The translations under genes and the position numbers were made by a program. From assembly GCF_009914755.1 (NCBI RefSeq), contig NC_060933.1: 64,000 nt of DNA; one strand, given 5' to 3'. Below, in pieces: positions 1-14,050 of the stretch. This DNA is from the human T2T-CHM13v2.0 reference genome, Homo sapiens. The first letter of the stretch is position 1. Each line of letters opens with the position of its first letter. The notes under the pieces were generated by a model. That model was not told the DNA's origin. It saw only the letters and a list, made by a program, of their open reading frames with translations, and did not search any database.

Positions 1-271
1 GTTGTGAGAAGGCTGTGTGTGATCAGTATTTTTGTCCTATCTCTATGAAAGATGACTTTCACATTCTCCAGTTTGGGCTGGTCACTGATGAAGTCACTGC
101 TGGAAATGGCTCAGCCGTGCTGGGCAGCAGAGGGGGCAGATGTCTTTCTGTTTTATTCTTCATTTTTAATGTGCCCCGTGGCAAGCCTTAGTTCCTTCTC
201 TCTGTTGGTCTTGAACCTTTACCTTTATTCTTCGCTTACTCCCATTGTTTTTTTTTCCTGCTGTCACTTAC

Positions 272-592
272 GGTGGGCTCGGGGAACAATGTTGCAGGAA
301 CATAGAGCTTTTGAGGGAAATGTAAATCGCCGGCGACACTGAGTCCCGTCTGTTTTCTCATCGGAAAGCAGCATTTCAGAGAGCTGAACTGGCGACACTG
401 CTTGGCGAAGACACGCCGAGTTCAGGAATATTCCCTGTTCCCAGGCCCTGGTTGTGTCGAAGTGGGACTTTCTGAAGAGGGGGCACTCTGGGAGAGACGG
501 GAGCAAAGGGGCACTTTCAGAAGCAGATGCTCCTGGCTTCGGAAGGAAAGCTGCTCTAATCGGAGTTCAGCCGTCTAGCAGACAATCCACAG
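272..592 (-). other. Candidate 5' (UTR or alternative first) exon of an unidentified minus-strand gene
   Basis: Minus strand: pyrimidine tract ttttttgtttgtctctctccaaag| at 592 and donor CACC|GTAAGT at 272/271. 16 CpGs in about 300 bp in a CpG-poor window. All three frames are closed near the 5' end of the exon, so it is not an internal coding exon. Confidence 0.6.
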
Positions 593-699
593 CTTTGGAG
601 AGAGACAAACAAAAAAGAGTCTCTTAGTCTAGTGCATAAATGTAAGAGGCTTGTCTTAAGTGTGTGTGCAGGACTCTAGCAGGGCTAAAAATGTTATGC

Positions 700-1010
700 A
701 GAGTTTAAAGTGAGGCATTGTTTAGGTTTTAATGAAGGCAACCAATTTTTAACAACAGAAGTTCTGTTGCTGAATCCCCCTCCCCTTCGCCCTCAACATT
801 CAGTTCCTCTGCCCCTGCACCTGCTTTCATTTTTGGCTTCTTGGCACTGATGTTCACAGAGACATCAGCTGGCAGTGGCAAACCGCTAAAAGCTCCCCTG
901 CAATGCAGCTCTGCAAATGCCAGCCATTTATCCACTGGTGCATGCCAGCTTAACGTAAGGTCTCCCTTTCTCCCTCCAGCCCCAGCCCCCTCGGCCCCCC
1001 AGTTTTACTT
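700..1010 (-). promoter_or_regulatory. Promoter-like G/purine-rich region upstream of the 272-592 exon, with G4 motif
   Basis: Non-repetitive. Minus-strand G-runs at 964-1000 (GGGGGG-ccga-GGGGG-ct-GGGG-ctgga-GGG) and GGGGAGGGGG near 776-785. Confidence 0.4.
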
Positions 1011-2312
1011 CCAAATGACAGTAAATGATCCAAAGTGAGCAGTGGTTTGGCCCTTTGAGTATCCATTAAGTGTGGCCACATCTATTTGCTGCATCTATTT
1101 GCTGTGATTATAATATTTTGATCCAAAGAGTGTTGCAGAAAATTTAGATGACAATACTATTTCTTCTGTTCAATAAAGAGCTATTGGCCCACAGGCTCAT
1201 TTCTCTCTCCCCAGCAGATGGTGGGATAGTTTCTTGAGGTCTCTTTGACTTGAAATAGCCTTTTTGTTTTTGTTGCTTATTGAGAGCCAGTTGCCCCAAA
1301 TTTATTGAATAAAGACATCCACTTTTCAGTTTAAGCTAAGCTCCAATAGATAAATACTGACTTGGAATTGGGGACTGATGGACAAGCTGGAAAGGCAAAG
1401 GGGCTGTTGGAAGTTAAGTATTCAGCACAAGGCTTTGCAGTTTCAAAAACGATGCTTTTAAGTTCTCCATTCACCACAACAATTCTGGCTGTATACTGAG
1501 AGAGTGTGAGAAATCTGTGAGAAATTCGACATATATTTATTTTTCTTGGAAATTAGAGAATATCTTCACAGTGTACACTCTGAAGGGCTTTTGTTTTGTT
1601 TTGTTGTGTTTTTAATGATCTAAACCATCTGGGGAGTTGATAAAGGATGTGATTTTTACAAGCTGAGTTAGCAAAGCCTATTGCTAAATCCCAAACCTTT
1701 ATCCAGCCTACAGATAAAACCAGGGTGGGAGAGCTTCCCTTCCAGCTCTGAAACACTATGATCCCACGTATGCCAAATGTTTTAGTATCTGGGTGGTAAG
1801 AAAAATAGAGAACTGACTAAGGGAGCCTGGCCCAAGGATCCAGAAATGGACATTACTTTTTCTTCTTCTTTTTTTTTTTAAGATTGGTGGAGATCACAAA
1901 TTTCCAGAAAATGTGTCTGAAAAATAAGCCAGCATCATATTTTATCTGGGGCCTTTATGGTCTTTTTTTATCCAGGGACAGGAATTAGCACTTGCCAGTA
2001 TTTCTTAGTCATCTACTTCTCAAATCTGGAGTCCAAAACCTGTCTTATAATACTAGACACAGCAGGTTCCCACGTAGAATTACAGAAGTGCTTTAATTGT
2101 ACCAGTCGTCTTGCAATAACCATGATCTTATACAAGAATGTCTGTGTACTTGGAGTTTATGACAAATGTCCAGTTAGGCTTCTCAGGGTTCACAGTCAGC
2201 ATTTGGGCCAGCCATGTGAATGAGATAGAAAAATCAGGAAATTCATTCCCAGAAACAGACTGTACACTGCCAGTGTTATTATGTCATGTTTTTAGACTCA
2301 ACCCTGTCTTTT

Positions 2313-2611
2313 ATTTTTATTTTTTTGAGACACAGTCTTACTCTGTCACGCAGGCTGGAGTGCAGTGGCAAGATCTCAGCTCACTGCAACCTCCACCTCT
2401 GAGTTCAAGTGGTTTTCTTGCCTCAGCCTCCCAAGTAGCTGGGATTACAGGCACGAGCCACCACACCTGGCTAATTTTGATTTTGTCTTTTTGTGTGTTT
2501 GTTTGTTTTTACTAGAGACAGGGTTTCACCATGTTGGCCAGGCTGGTCTTGAACTCCTGATCTCAGCCTCGACCTCCCAAAGTGCTAGGTCGTGAGCCAC
2601 TGTGCCCAACC
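2313..2611 (-). mobile_element. AluS with two small internal deletions
   Basis: Alu consensus in reverse; 14-bp TSD caaccctgtctttt at 2299-2312 and 2612-2625. Confidence 0.95.
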
Positions 2612-2915
2612 CAACCCTGTCTTTTCTCTGAGTTCATTCTCCTCTTTTCTAGTTATCCACTGTAAGGTACACAAGACTGAACTGAAAGTTACTCCTTTCT
2701 ATTTGAACACAAGCATGATGCAAGTTATAAGTTGCTCATGGTACCTAACTAGAAGTCTGACACTATTTCCAAGGCTTGTTCATCCATGAATTGCTATTCT
2801 CTATGAGACCTGTGTGTTAATAAATCAATATTTAATTAATAGCTATCACATGCTGCTTATATGTTTTTCAAACATAGGTAAATTGTGTCAGAAATGTCAT
2901 TTTAATACTTCATCT

Positions 2916-3226
<311 letters not shown>

Positions 3227-3584
3227 CTTAATGTCTAAGATGCTTTTGAAATTAAGGATCCAGCTAAACATTCAGGGGTTTCCCCCTTCTGCTGGATGGA
3301 GCCATGTTACATTGAAGAAACCCAGGAAGCTAGAGCTGGAGCTAGAGCTGGGGGTAACTGTTACAAGCATTTCACAAGTAATGCGAAGTCTTCCAAGTAA
3401 TGTGGAAGACTTTTGGTAATACTGCTGACTTTCACAGTTGTTTGCTTATTTCACAAAGCCAAAGAGCTATATTACCCTGTATTCCTCACTGTAGCTCTGA
3501 TGTGTTTCCAATACTAGAAGAAGGAGTATAATAGGCGATGGGCCATAGCATAGCATATCAGAACTTCCACACCTAAAATGTCCT

Positions 3585-3760
3585 TCAAATGATTTTTCAA
3601 AGTCCTTTAGCCTCTCTGAAACTTGGGTTTCTCATCTGCAAAATGGGAATGAAATTATATTGACTCTTGCCAATTCACAGGCTTGTTGTAAGGAACAAAT
3701 TAATCTTTATTAACTTTAGATCACTATACAAATGTTCATTATTATAACTATTATTTGTGT
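3585..3760 (+). mobile_element. MIR fragment
   Basis: Core-like cctctctgaaacttgggtttctcatctgcaaaatgggaat...ttgttgtaagga. Confidence 0.65.
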
Positions 3761-4256
3761 TACTGCTTTGTAAACCACACAAGGCTATATGATTGCCAGT
3801 TATAATAATTATTATTTACATTAGAATTGTGTTGGCAATGCCTTACCAAATCTGGCCTTCTTCCTCTTTTCCCTAATTCAGAGTGGCTCCATCCAAACAG
3901 TTGAATGAGCTTTGACACCACCCTCTCCCTCATTTCTCATATTTTATCTATCTTAACTTCTATTGATTTTGAACTTCTTCAAGCTGAAGGAATTTAGGGC
4001 AACACATTGTATTCAGATCTGATGTGTAGTGGTTCCTAGCTCAACATTGAATAATTGAATACATTTATAAATATTTTATAGGTATTCGTATCCCACTTTA
4101 ATTCAAAAGAAGGATTTAAGGAAGGTTATATGACACATAAATACAACAAATTAGCATATGAAAGAGGTAGCTGGGAAATACAAAGATAAACTAATGGTAG
4201 GTACCTGAAACAGAATCAGGAATAAGATTAATACAAAGTCCTAACATTGAGTCCTT

Positions 4257-6483
4257 TTTTTAAAATTTATTTTTTATTTCAATAGGTTTTGGGGTAACAG
4301 GTGGTGTTTGACTAATTTCTTTAGTGGTGATTTCTGAGATTTTGATGCACCCATCACCCATGCAGTGTACACTATACCCAATGTGTAATCTTTTATCCCT
4401 CACCACCCCCCCATGCTTTCCACCGAGTCCCCAAAGTCCATTATATCATTCTTATGCCTTTGTGTCCTCATAGCTTAGCTCCCACTTATGAGTGAGAACA
4501 TACAATGTTTGGTTTTCCATTCGTGTTACTTCATTTAGAATAATAGTCTCCAATTCAACCCAGGTCGCTATAAATGCCATTATTTAGTTCCTTTTTATGT
4601 CTGAGTAGTATTCCATTGTGTGTGTGTGTATGTGTGTGTGTGTATATATATAATTTTCTTCATTCGTTGAGTGATGGGCATTTGGGCTGGTTCCATATTT
4701 TTGCAATTGCAAATTGTACTGTTATAAACATGGGTGCAAGTATTTTTTTTGTAAAATGACTTCTTTTTTCCTCTGGGTAGATACCTAGTAGTGGGATTGC
4801 TGGATCAAATGGTAGATCTATTTTTAGTTTTTTAAGGAATATTCACATCTACTTTTAGTTCTTTAAAGAATATTCACATTGTCTTCTACAGTGGTTGTAC
4901 TAGTTTACATTCCCACCAACAGTGTAAAAGTGTTCCCTTTTCACCACATCCATGGGAACATCTGTATTTTTATTTATTTATTTATTTTTTGATTATGGCT
5001 ATTCTTGCAGGAGTAAGGTGGTATCTCATTTTGGTTTTGATTTGCATTTCCCTGATAATTAATGATGTTGAACATTTTTCCATATGCTTATGGCTATTTG
5101 TATATCTGCTTTTGAGAATTGTCTATTCATGTCCTTAGCCCACTTCTTCATGGGATTGTGTGTTTTCTTCTTGCCGATTTGTTTGAGTTATTTATAGATT
5201 CTGGATATTAGTCCTTTGTCAAATGTATAGATTGTGAAGATTTTCTCCCACTCTGTGGGTTGTCTGTTAACTCTGCTGATTATTTCTTTTGCTAGGCAGA
5301 AGCCTTTAAGTTTAATTAAGTCTCATCTATTTATCTTTGTTTTTGTTACATTTGCTTTTGGGTTCTTGGTCATGAAGTCTTTGCCCAAGCCAGTGCCTAG
5401 AAGAGTTTTTCCATTGTTATCTTCTAGAATTTTTATCGTTTCAGGTCTTAGATTTAAGTCTTTGATCCATCTTGAATTGATCTCTGTATAAGGTGAGATA
5501 TGAGGATCCAGTTTCATGCTCCTACATGTGGCTTGCCAATGATCCCAGCACCATTTGTTGAATAGGTTGTCTTTTCCCCACTTTATGTTTTTGTTTGTTT
5601 TGTCAAAGACCAGTTGGCTGTAAGTATTTGGCTTTATTTCTGGGTACTCAATTCTGTTCCATTGGTCTATGTGCATATTTTTATACTAGTACCATGCTGT
5701 TTTGTTGATCTTATAGTATAGTTTAAAGTCAGGTAATGTGATGCCCCAGATTTGTTCTTTTTGCTTAGTCTTACTTTGGCTATGCAGGCTCTTTTTTGGT
5801 TCCATATAAATTTTAGCATTGTTTTTCTAGTTCTTTGAAGAATGATGGTGGTATTTTGATAGGAATTGCATTGAAATTGTAGATTGCTTTTGGCAGTACG
5901 GTCATTTTCAAAATATTGATTCTACCCATCCATGAGCATGGGATGTGTTTCCATTTGTTTGTGTCATCTATGATTTCTTTCAGCAGTGTTTTGTAGTTTT
6001 CCTTGTAGAGGTCTTTCACCTCCTTGGTTAGGTATATTCCTAAGTTTTTGTTTCTGTTTTTGCAGCTATTGTAAAAGGGACTGGGTTCTTGGTTTGATTT
6101 TCAGCTTGGTTGCTGTTGGTGTATAGCAGAGATACTGATTTGTGTCCATTAATTTTGTGTCCTGAAACTTTGCTGAACTCATTTACTAGTTCTAGGAGCT
6201 TTTTGGATGAGTTTTTAGGGTTCTCTAGGTATATGATCATATCAACAGCCAACAGTGGCAGTCTGACTTCCTCTTTTCTGACTTGGATGCCCTTGATTTC
6301 TTTCTCTTATCTGATTGCTCTGGCTAGGATTTCCAGTAATATGTTGAATAGAAGTGGTGAAAGTGGGCATCCTTGTCTTGTTCCAGTTCTCAGGGGGAAT
6401 GCTTTCAACTTTTCCCCATTCAATATAATGTTGGCTGTGGGTTTGTCATAAACGGCTTTTATTACCTTAAGTTATGTCCTTTG
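4257..6483 (-). mobile_element. 5'-truncated L1 (L1PB-like 3' end), ORF2 remnant
   Basis: ORF track gives L1 ORF2 peptides ([31 protein letters not shown]; DQWNRIE..). TSD acattgaRtcctt at 4244-4256 and 6484-6496. Confidence 0.95.
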
Positions 6484-8160
6484 ACATTGAATCCTTACTA
6501 TGAATGGGTCCGATTGTAACTAGACATTTCAGTAGACTCAAAATTTAGTGGTCATGAGATGGAAGCAAAAAACATTGTCTAAGACAAACACATGTATTCT
6601 GAATATAATTACAAGCGAGAAATTTCTGGACAAATCTCCTAAAAAGGACTCAATGAAATGTAATAAATAATATTCCTAATGATATAATTGTAGAAGGTAT
6701 GTGTAACAGTTTCACAGAGCTGTTTCATTAAATGTTTTTTGTACTTGGTATTAGAGGTATTAAAACATGTAAGATAGACCTTGCTATCAAGGAATCACAA
6801 AGAAAGAGAAATCTACATTAGAAAAATCAGTGCCATTCACTAAGATAAGTTGAACAAGAGAAGGAGGTTGCATAGTGCAGTGGGGCACAGAGGAGAAAGT
6901 GATCATTCCCACTGAGTGGGCCAAGGATGCCTTCTTGGAAGACAGAGCACCAGATCTCCTGCATTTCTTCGACAATTTTTATCAATTGTCAACTATGTGG
7001 TAGGCAAGATGTTAGGTGCTAAAACTATGATGATGAAGAGAACAATGTCTTTGTATTTATAAGTAGACAAGGCCTTTAAGAGCATTTCAGTAAGAAAGAC
7101 TCTCCCTTGTTTGTGAGTCATTCCCCGCCCCCCAACTGTGAACCTTTAATAACAACAGATCTCTTGCTTGCCACTGCCTTCTGAAAAGGAACATGGAACA
7201 ATATCAGGAACTGCATGAGATGCTCTAGCCACTGTGCAAAGCTGCCAGAGGCCTTGGGAAAGGAAGTAGATAAGAAATAGGCTTCTAGGAATGCATGGGA
7301 TGCCTCTACTTTGGACATAGGGAGGAGTGACTGAACCAGGACAAAACAAAGACCTGAATGTTTGGCATCTAGGAAGGCCAGCAGATATTACTGACCTCCA
7401 ATTGAAATAACATGCTGGGAAATAGACATGAAAGTCATCTTTTTACAGCAAAGAAAAAAGAATATGCAACTCCTTTCCCTTATTTCTGAATAATTGAGAT
7501 GAGCCAAGTTAATCCTACTGTCAGGGTGGGTATCTTGATTTTTCCAGTGACCAAGCTTCTGAGATACTTCCCACTGGTAGTGAACTGTTAGACCAAAAAA
7601 AAGTCAATATTAGTACAAATAACTCTTTGTTATTGCCTGTATAAATAATGCTCTAATATATTTCATTTAATATTTCCATGTGTGATTTTTTTTGCTGTAT
7701 ATAAAAGCAATACTCCTCAATTAGTCAGCATGCCTTGGAGGATAACAGCATATGCTATTTGCAAGGAAGTACTTGGCACTAAGAGGCAGCACAGAAATAT
7801 TCAGTAGAGATTCCATTAGTCTGATGCTCAAAAAAGGGAGACAAGGTGCACTCATAAAACAATAAAACAACATATTATAATAAGTTACAGTTATATGATA
7901 AGTGTTATATGCACAGTATAGAAAATAGCTTATTGACAAAATGAGAGGAAGAAATCACTGGAGCAAGAAGAATCAAGAAAGATTTTATAAAAATTGGGAC
8001 CTGAAGAGTGGGAAGAATTTAGATGGGAAGGACATCAGGCAGAAGCATTTCAGATCAGAAGAGAAAAGCTTATAAAGGTGTAGAAAAATAACTTTAAAAA
8101 ATAGCATATGCAAATCTGGGAAGCAGAAGATGAACTATTAACACAATTGCCAAAAGAGAT

Positions 8161-8213
8161 CTGTCTCTGTCTGTCTGTCTCTCTCTCTTTCTCTCCCCAC
8201 CACCTCCTTCCCT

Positions 8214-8256
<43 letters not shown>

Positions 8257-8275
8257 CCGCACGCACGCATGCACG
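8161..8275. repeat. Compound (CT)/(CA)n microsatellite
   Basis: CT-rich run, then (AC)n at 8215-8254 decaying into (GCAC)n. Confidence 0.95.
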
Positions 8276-8728
8276 CATTCTTGGGAAGTTTGAAACCTTT
8301 GAGAAAGTAAATAGATGTAGATTCATAATGAAATATCCATCCTTATTAACAAACATCTGTCAATATACATTCCTTCAAAGGCATAAACATTACCAAATGA
8401 AAACTCATACAAACAATCCTCCAGGAAAAAAATAGCTTAATGCCAAATACGTCAATGCTGGTAGGTTAATTCTAGATAGATATGGTGTAAAACAGTAATT
8501 ATCAGGGAGTTGAACCTGAATAAACCACATTCTTTGTTAAATTCAAACCCGATTAGTAGTACTAAATATCAGACTAAATCAAAATTTTTGTTACAAATAA
8601 AACCTAGCGTTTGTTTTCACATGTTTGCTTTAAATATATGCTGGAATATATTCTCTGAAACAAACTGGCATATCTTCTATTTTGGTCTCAAACAGAAAAT
8701 TCTACCATAGTTTTTAAAATGTTAAATG

Positions 8729-8730
<2 letters not shown>

Positions 8731-8768
<38 letters not shown>
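8731..8768. repeat. (AC)19 microsatellite
   Basis: Direct reading. Confidence 0.97.
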
Positions 8769-8770
<2 letters not shown>

Positions 8771-8884
8771 TCTTCAGAGAAGTTAAGTTGCACAAGATCA
8801 CACGTCAAAACAACTCTTTATGGCTACAGCACCCTGTGCTTTAAGTTATAAGAGTGAAAATCTCTTATAAAAGTAAAAATCTAA

Positions 8885-9047
8885 AGTTGTGTGCCAGAAC
8901 CCCAGGGGAGCCTTTTGCATGCAAATGCCAGAACTAGCCCCAGATCCATTGAATCAGAATCGCCAGAATGGGGCCCAGATGTGCAGATTATTTTTAAAAA
9001 GTACTCTTTTAAGATATTGATGCATATCCCTATTTAAGATGCTGCCT
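8885..9047. mobile_element. MER5-like hAT-Charlie MITE
   Basis: ccccagatccattgaatcagaatc...ggggcccag...ttttaaaaagtactc...gatattgatgca resembles MER5A. Confidence 0.6.
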
Positions 9048-10194
9048 ACCAAAACTACAAAACAAATGAATGCATGAATGAATGAATACATCAATCAATA
9101 AAGGAATAGGGGCCCAAGTTTGTCACTGAAGTTTAGCAAGACAAGATGGAGAAATATTAATCTTTGTACCTTTCTTCCTCTGCCTCACTTCCCAACGGTC
9201 TTTTAATTAATCAGAACTCTACATTGCCCGAAGGAAAACTTGGATTGTAATAGCAGGGAAAAAGACACAATTTATGTTTATTTTTAGTGTTTCAATTAGG
9301 CTCTAGAGAATCACAAAGGCCTGGAGAGCAACAGCGTTGACTGGAAGAGAATGGGAAAAAGGAGGAGGGATTGCTACCCTTCCTAGGGTGTTCATGTAGG
9401 ACACAGGCAATGGGTGAGGAAGTGGGGAATAAGACAGACATCCAACTAGCTCCTGCTAATATGGCACAGAATGAAACACGTTGAGAAAAATGACAGTAAC
9501 ATGCTGTCAAAATATGGAGGCAAAGGAGATTAACTCTGCCTGGTGACACCTTAAAGAATCTCCGAGGAAGTTAGCACTGGAGTTGGCAGTCAGTGCATGT
9601 GATTTCCCATAGATAGAGAATGCGGGAAAAAGCATTCTGGACACACCTTATTTAGGCAGTATCATATTAGATGTAGGCAGTTTTTATTAAGCTGAACAAA
9701 GCAGGTTCAAGAAGAAAAAATTGTTGTATTGCTAGAACTTTTTAGTTCAATTCTCTACCACTTTGAAAGATATAAGAAATACATAATGAAATTACTATGA
9801 TTATTATTGATCGCATTCATAATTATTTTAGCTAATTCATAATTTGTTGAAGACTAGCAGATCACTTTCACTCACCAGGAGGTCCCTAGCCAAGGTGCTT
9901 TTGGTGGCTTCTCATTCTCAATCTCCTCTTCCCTTGCCCACCAACCCTGATCTGACACTTGCAGGCTGCTGGATTGTCAAACCTGTTACGTGCTTCCAGT
10001 GACTCAAGTCACTAGCCTGAAAATACAGTCCTCTGTTGAAATGCTCCATGCATCTGAACTATGGAAGTATAGAGCGAGTGCTCCAATCTTTGTAGCCAAC
10101 TCTATCCGCAACTCATCAGTAGCTAGTGGGGAAAGTTTCAGGTCACGTAGAACAACTGAGGAATAGATTATAAAAGCTAAAATGTACCTTAGAG

Positions 10195-10310
10195 ACAATC
10201 TACTCCTCTGTTTTTATAAACTATTGATTTTGAGGTTCAAAGAGGTTAGATAATTTGTTCATATCTGGAAGCTTCTAAGGTTCAGAAGTGAAACTTGGAC
10301 CTAAATCTAG
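10195..10310 (-). mobile_element. MIR fragment
   Basis: ttgaggttcaaagaggttagataatttgttca core, reverse orientation. Confidence 0.5.
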
Positions 10311-10645
10311 GTGCAGTATTTGTACTCCAATACCTGCGAAGGAAGGGAGTGGAGTGTTCAGCAGCAACACTCAGGACTGACTTTGCAGGGTGCTACTTCT
10401 CCTACCTACTTCACTTTAGGGCCAACTCTCATGTGAACTTGGTGCTTTTTCTTACTAATTTACTTTTCCAAATGAAGCAAAGATTAAAATCCTATACGTT
10501 AACTGTGTGCAAACTTGGACAGCAATAATTTCTTTTCTTAGAGTTCACAATATACCATACCAGGGAGTGATTTCAGAATTGGGTAGACTCAAATTTAATG
10601 AGACTTGATTATAATTACTCAAGTTGTATTGAAAATTGCTGAAGA

Positions 10646-11009
<364 letters not shown>

Positions 11010-11224
11010 TTATAATGCACTTAGTAAGGAGCATGAATAAGCCAAACAAAGAATTAAAAAAATTTGCAGATCTATTTTTTAGAAAGCCTGGCTAAAAAGT
11101 CAGGATTCAAAAATAATAAATGACTTGGAAGAAATTATTTAGAATTTTGAACACATCTGAAACACAGATGAATTTCTATAGGTGGAAGACCTTATGTATG
11201 ATTAATACAAAAAATTATGTCAGA

Positions 11225-11536
<312 letters not shown>

Positions 11537-12324
11537 TTATATCAGGATAAAAAAAGGAATAAAGTCAAGCTAGTCTTTGGTTGATTTATAATGTAATGTT
11601 GCAGAAAACGGTATACTATTCAATTTGGAACTGAGACAAGAAAATTCAGTGCTGGGAACTGAGTCTAGATTTTCCGAAAAATGTAAAGAAAGAAGAGCTA
11701 ATTCAAAACAAGAGCAATAGAGTGATTGTATCATTTGGAGACTAATGTACCTGGAAGACAGCATGAACACTATGATCAAAGGTTTGGTTAAACAATGATT
11801 GAAGTAACAAATTATTAACAGCCATGATAAACAGAAAGGGAAAGTTAAAATGAAATAAATCTGAAAAGACAAACTGAAGAAAGTTAAAGAAACGTCTGTG
11901 ATGATTACTATATGAAAACAAAATGGTGAAATGGCTCAGAGTCATAGATATGCTTCCAACTATGAATTGGAATCCTGAAATTTTGAGTTTAAAGAAAACA
12001 TAAAATGATAATTGTGATTATTATATGTGTTTATCAAAAAATGAGTTGAACCAATCAATGCACACGTATCTCTTTAAATTCAGGTGTAAGTGTTTGTCCA
12101 CTTAAACTGAACATTTTTTATAGTTTTTGTTCGGTCAAAGAACACAAGCAATAGGAAATGCCTAATATATTCTTTTTCTTTTTTTTCTCTTTTTTTGTGA
12201 TAGTTGAAGAGATACTAATCTAATGAAAATGAATCTGATCTAGAGTCTTCGGAAAATATTTATGAGGAACTATATCATATTACTCTAATTTCAACACCAA
12301 GCTTGTCAATACTGCTTGATAATG

Positions 12325-12793
12325 CTTAGAGGGCCCAACACTGCCCTTTCTCCAGCCATGCCCCTCTCCCAACGCAGGGCATCTGAGAGTCAAGGGCTGT
12401 TCTCACCTGGAATATGCCACCAAGACCTGCCACCGGAGGAGGCCGAGGAGCAGGGGTTACAGTGTGTGTGAAGGAAGGTAGTAAACAGAGCTTGGAAGTA
12501 CTGAGTAGAGCGTCTGCTGGTGCATGAGGCCCCTCATGTTGCAGGATGGAGCCCTGAATAGAATGGGGGTTCAGGTCCACTCTCTTATGCCACCATGTTC
12601 CTCTGCAGAACTCTAATGAATCCAGTACTTTGAAATGTGAACCTGGTAATCCAGATTATTACATAGTTCGTTTGTTTAAGGCTGGAAGATAGAACATAAT
12701 TTAAACATTGTTAACTTGGTTAACATATTTGAAATATTTGGACATATAGTATGTGGTCTTACCCTGGGCCTGCAAAGTTTTAGAGGCAGGCCT
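12325..12793. mobile_element. hAT-Tip100 element (MER115/Zaphod-like)
   Basis: Terminus ttggacatatagtatgtgg...ccctgggcctgcaaagttttagaggcaggcctg matches the recalled Tip100-family end. Confidence 0.5.
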
Positions 12794-13372
12794 GTGTCTT
12801 GGCCCCTCTCAGGCTATGTGAGGTTCCAGAAAGCAGAGACTATCTTGTATTTTTCCAGTGTCTTTTACCATATCTGACAAGATACTCCATGCGTGTTTGG
12901 GAAATCAAAAAGAAATGAAATAGGAAAATGCAGGGACAGATGAGATGAACATAGGTAGAAGGTGAAGCAAATATTTCCAGCAGTTAGAATTATTATCAAT
13001 CTGCCACATTTCCTTGACTTTCCTACCACAGGAGAGATATTCAGGAACGTTATTCCAGACTCAGAACTCAGCCCCTGATGAACAACAGGTCACCATGGCT
13101 GTACCTGGTGTTTTACAACCTTGCAGCCTGTTTTCTACACTGCCCAGGTCCCTGTGAAACTTCACTTTGCACGTGGTCAGAATCTCAAGGAAAAGGCAGT
13201 TTGAGGTCCCCCTAGCTGTTTTTTCCCCCTCAAGGAAATCAACAGAGCTGCCAGAACTTTTAACTTCATATTTTTTAACGTTGCATATTTCAGGAAAAAT
13301 TTACGGCTCCTTTTATTACATTTTACAGGACCGTTGATAATATCCTTTCAATGCACAGTTTTTACACCTTAC

Positions 13373-13455
13373 CAAGGAAAATGGACTTTTTTCCATGGCT
13401 CCTGTATGAACCTTTGAGTCATTTCTTTCTTTTTCTTTCTTCACAGAAATTCAGT
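13373..13455 (-). other. Candidate short alternative first exon with TATA-like box
   Basis: Minus strand: TATTAAAA at 13486-13479; Kozak gccATGG at 13396 encoding MEKSPFSL (phase 0); donor TTG|GTAAGG at 13373/13372. The 5' end is estimated. Confidence 0.4.
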
Positions 13456-13949
13456 CATTTAAATTCAGTTGCTGTTCTTTTTAATAGAGCCACGCTTAGT
13501 TTCATCACTCTGTAAGGCACTCACAATATGCACATCAGATTAATGTGAATACATTACACAATTCAGAAAAAAATTTTGCTTCTTCATCTTGAATTTACCC
13601 TAGGAAACAATGATATATTTTTCTTTCTCTCTTACTATTTGTGTATGTTACCACATCTCAGCAAAGGGTGAACTTGGGTTGGGCTCATTAATGTAGTAAT
13701 AATTATTAGCAATTTAATGAACTAGGAACATATTTACTTTTTTGTTGTTAATTATAATCCTGTGTTTAGGAAGCTGATACTTTTTTTGTTTCTTACGGTA
13801 ATTCTATAATAGTTGGCTGTCAGAGAGGATGTTTTAAAAATCCCTTTATATATAGTTACATTCTTACAAGATTTGCTTGAGCTAAGAAATAATTACTCTT
13901 CTTGACCAGCCACCCAAAAGACATCCAGTTCACAAATTTTCCTTGAATC

Positions 13950-14050
13950 TGTTTGCCAGCTATATAGGTGTGGGGAAACTATGTAAGCTCTCTGAGCTTC
14001 AGTTTCCATATTTTAAATGAAGTTGTCCCAAAATATAAGATGGGCATTAG
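13950..14050 (+). mobile_element. MIR fragment
   Basis: gtaagctctctgagcttcagtttccatattttaaatg core. Confidence 0.55.

Noticed and set aside
122-141. CTCF-like gcagcagagggggcag (similar at 39606 and 47084)
   Set aside because: Each alignment misses core consensus positions.
10333-10390. Pre-miRNA-like hairpin
   Set aside because: Two short stems separated by a large unpaired region; too weak for a Drosha substrate.
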